From Octopus sinensis (taxonomy: Eukaryota), in NCBI RefSeq assembly GCF_006345805.1, contig NW_021827103.1, forward strand, positions 1-11,133: 11,133 nt of DNA. Reading direction: 5' to 3'. The position numbers and the translations under genes are program-made. Under the pieces are notes generated by a model, which ran no database searches, was not told where the DNA came from, and saw only the letters and a list, made by a program, of their open reading frames with translations. Shown one piece after another: positions 1 through 7,807 of the stretch (position 1 is the stretch's first letter; every line of letters begins with the position of its first letter).

Positions 1-23
1 ATAGATAAATAGATAGATAGATG

Positions 24-94
<71 letters not shown>

Positions 95-139
95 TAGATA
101 GATAGATAGATTGATGGATAGATAGATAGATAAATAGAT

Positions 140-210
<71 letters not shown>
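1..210. repeat. (GATA)n tetranucleotide microsatellite, truncated by the window edge
   Basis: Near-perfect AGAT repeats with occasional GAT/GATG/AAAT variants. Confidence 0.98.
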
Positions 211-390
211 TGATGGATGTGATAATACAGTGTGATATAAATCTAAATTGCATGATTCATTGCCAATATTTAAGTCATGAGTGTCCTTATATATCAATAA
301 GCAAAACTATAAAGGGAATTCGTGTACTCTCGTCCAAGTCTCTTTCACTGGTCTTCATTGTTAAAAAAACCCACAGAGAGTATATATATA

Positions 391-427
391 CGAGGGGCGT
401 TCAATAAGTAATGCCCCTGACCCACTT
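391..427 (+). repeat. Mariner terminal inverted repeat (left)
   Basis: CGAGGGGCGTTCAATAAGTAATGCCCCTGACCCACTT. Confidence 0.95.
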
Positions 428-463
428 CCCATAGAAGTAGAGCAACGAAACTTGGCACAGTTA

Positions 464-1516
464 TTAGTCTTTTTCTACATAAGAACCATCTAGAGTTACG
501 CATTTCTCCCATCGTTTTATGCAGCTCTGGAGACCGTTTTTGTAGAAGACTCTAGCCTGGCCCTCCAGCCACGACTTGACTTCATAAATCAAGGCTACAT
601 CATCTGGGAAACGCTTTCCTTTCAAAAACAACTTCATGGCTGGAAAGAGGTGAAAATCAGAGTGTGTAAGGTCAGGAGAGTAGGGGGGAATGGGGGAGGA
701 GTTCATAGCCGCACGCCTGTGCTTTTGATCTGGCGAAACGTGAGTTGTGGACCGGAGCATTGTCCTGCAGGAGGCAGATGCTTTTGCTGATCTTGCCCCG
801 CCTCTTGATTTTGATAGCTTCTCTTAATTTCCTCAAAAGTGAAGCATAATAGGCTCCTGTAATTGTGGTACCCTTTGCCAGGAAATCTGTCATCACTACT
901 CCGTCCTGGTCCCAGAAGACTGTGAGCATGACCTTGCCAGCGGAGGGCTACACCCTTGCCTTCTTTGGAGGAGGTGAGTCACGGTACTTCCACTGCATTG
1001 ACTGGGCTTTGGTCTCTGGATCATAGTGATGGACCCAGGTTTCATCCTGTGTAATCAGTCTTTTGAAAACTTTTGACTCATCTTCTTGGCACATCTCCAA
1101 ATTCATCCTCGAGCACTCGACGCGTTCTTGCTTCTGGAAAGGTATGAGCAACCTGGGAATCCATCTGGCAGACACCTTTTGTATATGCAAATGGTCATGA
1201 ATGATAGTTTCCACAGACCCGGTACTAATCTTGATCTCATGGGCTATTTGGCGAATAGTTATGCGTCGATCTTCCAAAATGGCAGCCTCAACTTGACGGA
1301 CAAATGCCTCATCAATAGCAGAAGGGGGCGACCACATCTGGGAGCTGTTTCCACAGACTTCCGACCATGTTTGAATTCACGATGCCAGCGTTTTACAAGG
1401 TCATATGATGGGGCATCATCACTGTAAGTTACTTTCATTTCGTCAAAAGTCTCCAGTGGTGTGCGTCCTTTCAAATACAAAAACCGGATCATTGCTCGAC
1501 ACTCAACAGGCTCCAT
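464..1516 (-). pseudogene. Mariner transposase pseudogene (~350 aa when repaired)
   Basis: Four ORF pieces join into one protein: HTH region MEPVECRAMIRFLY...GRP; WIPRLL; ITQDETW (D1); LLQDNAPVH (D2); YSPDL; SDFHLF (D3), with 34 residues between D2 and D3. Lesions: -1 in a G5 run near 1324-1328, in-frame TAG at 948-950 (KKARV*PSAGKVMLTVFWD), +1 in a G6 run near 683-688. Confidence 0.95.
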
Positions 1517-1646
1517 TTCACACTTGACTCAGTTCAAACACCTGTAAATCAAAAACCACAATTAGTTCAGAGCTGTAATTTGCCACTTAATCTATAGAGA
1601 TATACATAAATGCACATGCAAAATTTCAGCTAGATCAAACAACTGC

Positions 1647-1683
1647 AAGTGGGTCAGGGGCATTACTTATTGAACGTCCCTCG
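1647..1683 (-). repeat. Mariner terminal inverted repeat (right)
   Basis: Reverse complement is CGAGGGACGTTCAATAAGTAATGCCCCTGACCCACTT, one mismatch to the left TIR. Confidence 0.95.
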
Positions 1684-1730
1684 TATATATATAATATATA
1701 TATATATATATTATATATATATATATATAT
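1684..1730. repeat. (TA)n microsatellite
   Basis: TA dinucleotide run between the mariner and the next element. Confidence 0.95.
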
Positions 1731-2760
1731 ACTAGCATTATGACCCGTCGTTGCCGGGTCATAGTGTTAGTGCATGTATATATGTGTATATATATGTGTT
1801 ATATAGTACATGCACATCTATATATATACATCTACACATAAAATACAAAATACAAAGTTATATCTTGATATCGCTAGTGATAACAATACTCAAAATATAT
1901 AACAGACTGGAATTGTTAGCCCGTATCTTGCAATTTCGATCAATTGTATCTTGTCCTTCCTCTTGTATAGAAGTGTGGCTACAATCCAGCCTACCGCAAC
2001 TTCTGGGGGGGGGGGACATTTTAATTTTTTATCCGGCAATTCCTACGTCCCAAATATAAAGGTAAAAATAAAATATTTCCACTTTGCAAGTTCGAGTCGA
2101 GTACTCCCTTGCACGCTCCGTTGACTCGAACCTTGCTTCTATTGTGGCGAATTTACCGCCTCTGGTTAGATATCTTTCATAGTCGCACCAAGACACTTTT
2201 CGATGGTGCTTTCCTCCAGGTGTTCAAATCTTCTTTTTTTCTCTACATTGTATACTTTATAGACAATAGTCTTTTCTTTAATTTAATTTTTTATTATCCA
2301 TCTGGACTACTCCATTTCTGCACGCTAATTTTATTTTTAATTTATTCCCATTCATGTGAAACCACTTATTCAAGTTCAAGTCATTGATGCAATTTTATAC
2401 CAATTGCTATTTTTACTTTTGTTATGCTACGATTATATTATACTTTAGTTTGATTTTAATTATTATTTACTACATATAATTCAATTGTTATTATTATTTT
2501 TATTGTTAAAGTGAAAGTATCCGACATAGAATAGAGAAACGTTTTTGTTTCACTTTTAACACGTAATACTGAAATAGTGGAGAAGATATGATATTGCTAT
2601 GGGCTCGCTCTAGGCAAGAAGTTGAATATTTTTTGCATGGACCCTAAGTAAGGCATGTGTAAAATTTGAATGAAATTGGTTGTGTAGTTCTCAAGTTTTA
2701 GGGAAACACACAGACAGACAGACAGACCGACACAACCACATTCTCAGTTTTATAATATAT
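1731..2760 (+). mobile_element. Probable non-autonomous Helitron/Helentron-type element (Lep1/HINE-like)
   Basis: Starts ACTAGCA..CCCG..CGTTGCCGGG with a hairpin. Ends with TGTAAAATTTGAATGAAATTGGTTG, (CAGA)n and TTTTATAATATAT, the same end architecture as 3394-3825. Whether the two ends belong to one element is inferred. Confidence 0.45.
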
Positions 2761-2772
2761 TATATATATATA

Positions 2773-3063
2773 TTGGTAAAACGGTAAGATAACAAAAGAA
2801 AGAAAGAGACCTCAATATTATGTAAATAGAGTTTTATCTTGACTATCGAGTAATGTAACATATTATTGTATAGATAAATTTCTTCTGAGTTTCAGATGCC
2901 GAAGTGGGAATCCACAACACCATCTCTTCGGTTATCTGGCTATTTGAAAACGCTATGAAAAAATACCGTTAAAAAATACCGTTATACAAAGGGATTCTCA
3001 CTTCGGCATCTGAAACTCAGAGTTTTATCTTGACTATCGAGTAATGTAACATACTATTGTATA
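2773..3063. mobile_element. Penelope-like element terminal relic with inverted arms and a split hammerhead-like motif
   Basis: 30-bp inverted repeat (2884-2913 / 2992-3021, 29/30), 45-bp direct repeat (2828-2872 / 3019-3063, 44/45), and a 13-bp tandem duplication in the spacer (2958-2983). Bounded by TA runs. The PLE assignment is inference from the HHR-like motif and inverted arrangement. Confidence 0.5.
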
Positions 3064-3393
3064 TATATATATTTAAAACAACATTGGCGAGTTAATGCAT
3101 AAATTATTTAATTACGCCATCTTATATGTCTTCCAATGAAGGTAACTGTCGGGCGAATTATGCAATCCGTGCCAATCATGCTTTGCAATTTTTGTGTGTG
3201 CGTGTGTGTATCAGCCGAATATGGGGACAAGGAAAGAGTTTGTTTCATCTTTGATGGTCAGTTTTGGAGCTACTCTGTTTCAAACGCCATGTCAGCTACA
3301 AGAAGCGTGTAAAAAGGGAACACAGTATTTGCAGTTTGTAACATCACAGTAGCTCTTCATCAGACTTACGTTAATGAAGCGCTCTTAGATTGT

Positions 3394-3825
3394 ACTAGCA
3401 GCATAGCCCAGCGTTGCTCGGGTATGTAAGAGCCCCTAGTAGGCAACGACTAATCCCAATCTAGTCCTTTCCCTCTAGGGAACGAAGGCGCATGTGTAGG
3501 TTGCAATGTCTTCTCTTCACTCGCATACTTCTGTGTATACGATGTTCCTAGCTGTCCCTAGCTGTCGAGTGGTGTCCCCTAGACAGAAAATGTGTTGCAT
3601 ATAAAAAGCTTAGATTCTCGACCCCATGTCGAATTTATCGATTTTGTTTCAGAACTGGGGGAACTTTTCAAAATTTTCGCTGCGTTAGTTTTGAATTATG
3701 ACATTGGGCTATGTGTGTGTCAAGTTTCATCAGAATCGGTTGAAAGCCGCGGTCAGGGTGAGGGTACAACCTGACAGACACACAGACACACAGACAGACA
3801 AACTGCCGTTTATATATAGAGAGAT
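3394..3825 (+). mobile_element. Non-autonomous Helitron/Helentron-type element (Lep1/HINE-like), ~430 bp
   Basis: 5' ACTAGCAGCATAGCCCAGCGTTGCTCGGG. 3' GTCAAGTTTCATCAGAATCGGTTGA, (CAGA/CACAGA)n and TTTATATATAGAGAGAT. No TIR or TSD, no coding capacity. Confidence 0.65.
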
Positions 3826-4017
3826 TATATTTTACTCTTGGCAACAAAAAAAAACAAAAAAACCTATGCATTGGTCCTACCTGGTATCACACCTGGATTG
3901 TCTACACCCGATGAATTTCGATCTACTTAAGACTATAATCCGAGACTGTAGATAATACCAGGCACGGGTGGAGCGCTGCACTGGAAATACTCCTTCCTTC
4001 TATCCTTCCAGGATCCA

Positions 4018-4026
4018 CATGTATGC

Positions 4027-4059
<33 letters not shown>

Positions 4060-4284
4060 TGTATGTACGTATGTATGTATGTATGTATGTATGTTTGTAT
4101 GTGTGTATGTATGTGTATATGTATGTATGTATGTATGCCAGTATGTATGTATGTATGTATGTATTATGTAAGTATGTATGTATGCCTGTATGTATGTATG
4201 TATATATGCATGTATATATGCTTGTATGTATGTATGTATGTATGTATGTATGTATGTATGTATGTATGTTTGTATGTTTGTATG
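4018..4284. repeat. (TATG)n microsatellite
   Basis: Imperfect TATG array; the source of the MYVC/HTYI pseudo-ORFs. Confidence 0.97.
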
Positions 4285-4402
4285 TTTTACGGCCATATCA
4301 CTTTGAAAACACCGGTTCTCGTCCGATCACCGAAGTTAAGCAAAGTCGAGCCTAGTTAGTACTTAGATGGGTGACCGCTTGGGAAACCTAGGTGCTGTAA
4401 AC
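4285..4402 (+). rRNA. 5S: Full-length 5S rRNA copy (dispersed, probably retroposed pseudogene)
   Basis: 118 nt: TTTTACGGCCATATCACTTTGAAAACACCGGTTCTCGTCCGATCACCGAAGTTAAGCAAAGTCGAGCCTAGTTAGTACTTAGATGGGTGACCGCTTGGGAAACCTAGGTGCTGTAAAC. Helices pair (TTTACGGC/GCTGTAAA, ACTTTG/CAAAGT, CCTAG/CTAGG, TGG-GTGA-CCG). No oligo-T terminator and no 5S array spacer. Confidence 0.93.
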
Positions 4403-4407
4403 GTAAT

Positions 4408-4570
4408 AGGCGCAGGAGTGGCTGTGTGGTAAGTAGCTTGCTTACCAACCACATGGTTCCGGGTTCAGTCCCACTGCGTGGCATCTTGGGCAAGTGTCTT
4501 TTGCTATAGCCCCGGGCCGACCAATGCCTTGCGGGTGGATTTGGTAGACGGAAACTGAAAGAAGCCTGTC

Positions 4571-4631
<61 letters not shown>

Positions 4632-4883
4632 GTGTGTGTGTGTATTGTTTGTGTGTCTGTGTTTGTCCCCCTAGCATTGCTTGACAACCGATGCTGGTGT
4701 GTTTATGTCACCGTCACTTAGCGGTTCGGCAAGAGAGACCGATAGAATAAGTACTGGGCTTACAAAGAATAAGTTCCGGGGTAGATCTGCTCGACTAAAG
4801 GCGGTGGTCCAGCATGGCCGCAGTCAAATGACTGAAACAAGTAAAAGAGAGTAAAAGAGAGTAAAAGAGAGTAAAAGAGAGTA
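4408..4883 (+). mobile_element. tRNA-derived SINE, family A, copy 1 (full length)
   Basis: A box TGGCTGTGTGG (4419-4429), B box GGTTCAGTCC (4462-4471), internal (TA)n/(TG)n, and 3' tail (GTAAAAGAGA)4. Homologous to 6791-7183 and 10337-10739. Confidence 0.92.
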
Positions 4884-5445
4884 TGTTTGTATGAACTTTC
4901 TTTGAGTGTAATTAAAGTTTTTGAGAGAGTTCAAGCCGGTCGCTAACAGAGCGACAAGACTTTTTGAGTTAATAGGGTCCGGGTGTTTGTAAATATGTGG
5001 TTGAGTTAGTGTGTTGATTGAACAGTTGATGCATGCGCCCAAGTATCTGCATCTATTCACATAAGAATCTCACATGAAGAATTTTGGGAATGTCTCAAAA
5101 CTCTTTGCTATGCAACTTATATTGGATTTGGGGAATCCGCGTCAGTATCTTTTGCTCTTTTTCTGTGAAACCACGTATTATGGGGTAGAAAGGGCTCCTT
5201 AGCGTAGTGAAGGCAATCTATCTAGGGAGATAACCTTACAATAAATCACTCGGTCCGTAGCTTAGAAATACTGGGTTGACGTCCAGCGGGAACAGCTTTG
5301 TTTCATGGAGGAGGAAAGATCTTCTTAAGTACTTGGTTGTACAATGATTTCCGATGTGTGTAGTAGTGGCGCGCGCACACATTATTAGCCATTTGAAAAG
5401 ACTATGGAATTTAGTCTCGACCACGGTCGAACAATGATGATGATG

Positions 5446-5600
5446 AAGTATTTCTAGGCTTTTGTGTAAACTTATTGGTGCATAACTTAATGCACCAATG
5501 ATAATAGGTACAAATGGAAATTCATAGCCAGGTACAAGAGCCGTAAGTTCGGCATTAATTTGCCATAAATGTTCTCTTTTTCCTGGATTTTGATTGTACA
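5446..5600 (-). pseudogene. Fragment of the C-terminal restriction-like endonuclease region of an R4/Dong-type non-LTR retrotransposon
   Basis: With one frameshift near 5530-5532 it reads KIQEKENIYGKLMPNLRLLY(P)GYEFPFVPIIIGALSYAPISLHKSLEIL. This matches the K..K..Y..L...P+++GALG pattern downstream of the RLE PD..D motif (recalled pattern). Confidence 0.65.
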
Positions 5601-5613
5601 TATGTGTATGTGT

Positions 5614-5915
5614 GGAGGCGCAATGGCCTAGTGGTTAGGGCAGCGGACTCGCGGTCGTAGGATCGCGGTTTCGATTCCCAGACCGGGCCTTGTGAGTGTT
5701 TATTGAGCGAAAACACCTAAAAGCTCCACGATGCTCCGGCAGGGGATGGTGGTGATCCCTGCTGTACTCTTTCACCACTCTTTCTCTCACTCTTCTGTTG
5801 GCCTGCTCGCTTAGCCAGCGGGGTGGCGTCATTCGAAGGCTAAAACAATGCGAACGCATTGTGACCATCGATGTGTAAAACATCTGATGGTCTGGTCGGT
5901 CACGTGATCACGTGA
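5614..5915 (+). mobile_element. tRNA-derived SINE, family B, tail type 1
   Basis: A box TGGCCTAGTGG (5624-5634) and B box GGTTTCGATTCC (5667-5678). First ~180 bp shared with 6383-6559. Possible low-complexity TSD ATATGTGTATGT (5600-5611 / 5915-5926). Confidence 0.9.
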
Positions 5916-5934
5916 TATGTGTATGTATGTATGT

Positions 5935-6290
5935 AGGGAGAGTATTGTAGTTCGCTTGAAGCATTATGTATTGTTTGTAAAGAATAAAAAGTTCAATGCA
6001 CTACAATACAGACAAAGGGCTATATACCTGTTGTAATTCAGTGATCCATAGTCTGATATGATATTTCGGAATAATATTCCTTCTTCAGATATTCTTAGAT
6101 GGAGTCGCTGCTATAATCGGTTTTCCAACGGCTCTTCATTTTTATTTATTTATTTTTTTGAAGCGTCTCACGATGCTCCTTCCGGAATCCTTCATGAGAA
6201 GTGTGTGAGGTCGGCCATGTCTCAATCTCGTGTGTGTTGGTACGTCTGCAGCGTTGCTTCTAAGTTACGTATTATAAGTTCAGCTTCCTT
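5935..6290 (-). mobile_element. Probable Penelope-like element relic carrying a hammerhead motif
   Basis: ~355 bp of unique sequence between (TATG)n arrays, containing a minimal HHR at 6056-6092. Upstream minus-strand reading KEAELIIRNLEATLQ only weakly recalls a GIY-YIG C-terminus. Confidence 0.45.
6056..6092 (-). ncRNA. Minimal type I hammerhead ribozyme motif
   Basis: Minus strand AUAU-CUGAAGA-A-GGAAU-AUU-AUUCC-GAA-AUAU-C-AUAU: stem I 4 bp, intact core CUGANGA/GAAA, stem II 5 bp, self-complementary stem III AUAU, AUC cleavage triplet. Confidence 0.7.
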
Positions 6291-6382
6291 TGTATGTATG
6301 TATGTATGTATGTATGTATGTATGTATGATGTATGTATGTATGTATGTATGTATGTATGTATTTATGTATGTATGTATGTAT
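6291..6382. repeat. (TATG)n microsatellite
   Basis: TATG array directly before SINE family B copy 2. Confidence 0.96.
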
Positions 6383-6762
6383 GGAGGCGCAATGGCCCAG
6401 TGGTTAGGGCAGCGGACTCGCGGTCATAGGATCGCGGTTTCGATTCCCAGACCGGGCGTTGTGAGTGTTTATTGAGCGAAAACACCTAAGCTCCACGGGC
6501 TCCGGCAGGGGATGGTGGTGATCCTGCTGTACTCTTTCACCAAACTTTCTCTTACTCTTACTTCCTGTTTCTGTTGTACCTGTATTTCAAGGGCCGCCTT
6601 GTCACTCTCTGTGTCACGCTGAATATCCCGAGAACTACGTTAAGGGTACACGTGTCTGTGGAGTGCTCAGCCACTTACACGTTAATTTCACGAGCAGGCT
6701 GTTCCGTTAATTCGGATCAACCGGAACCCTCGTCGTCGTAACCGACGGAGTGCTTCCATCCA
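6383..6762 (+). mobile_element. tRNA-derived SINE, family B, tail type 2
   Basis: Same tRNA-like head and body as 5614-5794, followed by an unrelated ~200-bp 3' region ending CCCTCGTCGTCGTAACCGACGGAGTGCTTCCATCC. Confidence 0.9.
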
Positions 6763-6790
6763 TGTATGTATGTATATATGTATGTATGTA

Positions 6791-7183
6791 TACTCTTTTA
6801 CTCTTTTACTTGTTTCAGTCATTTGACTGTGGCCATGCTGGAGCACCGCTTTTAGTCGAGCAAATCGAAGCCTAGTACTTATTCTATCGGTCTATTTTGC
6901 CGAACCGCTAAGTTACGGGGAGGTAAACACACCAGCATCGGTTGTCGAGCGATGTTGGTGGGGGGAGGACAAACACAAACACACAAACACACACATACAT
7001 ATATATATACATATATACGACGGGCTTCTTTCAGTTTCCGTCTACCAAATCCACTCACAAGGCTTTGGTTGACCCGAGGCTATTGTAGAAGACACTTGCC
7101 CAAGGAGCCACGCAGTGGGACTGAACCAGGAACCATGTGACTGGTAAGCAAGCTACTTACCACACAGCCACTCCTATGCCTAT
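6791..7183 (-). mobile_element. tRNA-derived SINE, family A, copy 2
   Basis: Reverse complement aligns with 4408-4883, with a ~20-bp internal deletion near 6878 and tail (GTAAAAGA)2. Followed by a duplicated 22-bp piece of the head (7184-7205). Confidence 0.92.
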
Positions 7184-7807
7184 ACACAGCCACTCCTACG
7201 TCTATATGTATGTATTTTAGAATCTTTAATGATTCAAGAATAAGCAAATTATACAGTACTGAATACAATAGTAGAATTCCATAGCACAATACAATATTAA
7301 AGCTAACACAATTATAATTTGGAAACATTCGACTCAAATTTAAATTTTAAGATTTTTTCAGAAAAGTCTTCAGAATGTTCCTGAAGAAATCACAAAACTG
7401 AAACTTCGATACAATAATTCTAAATTTAGTATTACTTGTTCATACTTTAACGTATATATATTTTTACGCATTTCCATGTGCGTTAAAATAAATCTTTATC
7501 AAAATACTAAATTGAAGCATGAATTTTACATTAAATGACTGAATCAGTGGTTCTGCATTCTTTTTATGCCTGCCCACTAATTATTTCAAAATGTACGAGA
7601 CGAAACGAAGCAGAATGATTCGAAAAATTATACTCTCGCATACGTGCACGTGAGATGTGAAGTACCGAAATGAAACTGAATTGATTTGAAATAATTGCAT
7701 TTTAAACTCTTAGAGAAGTTCACACACGCACGAACACATACACACGCGCACATATCTATGTATATACACATACATATACGTTTGTGCGCATGCATATATA
7801 TATATAT

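Larger units (their letters stand above)
391..1683 (-). mobile_element. Full-length mariner (Tc1/mariner, DD34D) DNA transposon, probably irritans-like subfamily
   Basis: 1293 bp between 37-bp TIRs (391-427 and 1647-1683, 36/37 identical). Flanked by TA (389-390, 1684-1685) inside a TA run, and contains a transposase on the minus strand. The CGAGGGG... TIR start and WIPRLL motif resemble Hsmar2/irritans-type mariners (recalled resemblance). Confidence 0.95.

Noticed and set aside
1086-1427. 113-aa plus-strand ORF
   Set aside because: Antisense shadow of the mariner transposase.
3260-3363. Minus-strand CUGAUGA-A-GAGCUAC...GUAGCUC, a possible fourth hammerhead
   Set aside because: GAAA reads CAAAAC (possible CpG decay), and no stem III/NUH or stem I partner could be found.
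3968-4359. Several MYVC/HTYI-repeat ORFs
   Set aside because: Translations of the (TATG)n microsatellite running into 5S; the same applies to the ORFs at 6290-6475, 9670-10241 and 10407-10955.
4824-5060. ORF with RYLGACIN, reminiscent of the RT 'YLG' motif
   Set aside because: Single short motif, a stop immediately upstream and no other RT domains.
5614-5690. tRNA gene calls for the SINE heads
   Set aside because: A and B boxes are present, but there is no proper acceptor stem or anticodon arm, and each continues into a repeated SINE body.
7381-7410. CTGAAGA...GAAAC on the plus strand
   Set aside because: No stem II pairing and no NUH/stem III; chance match in AT-rich DNA.
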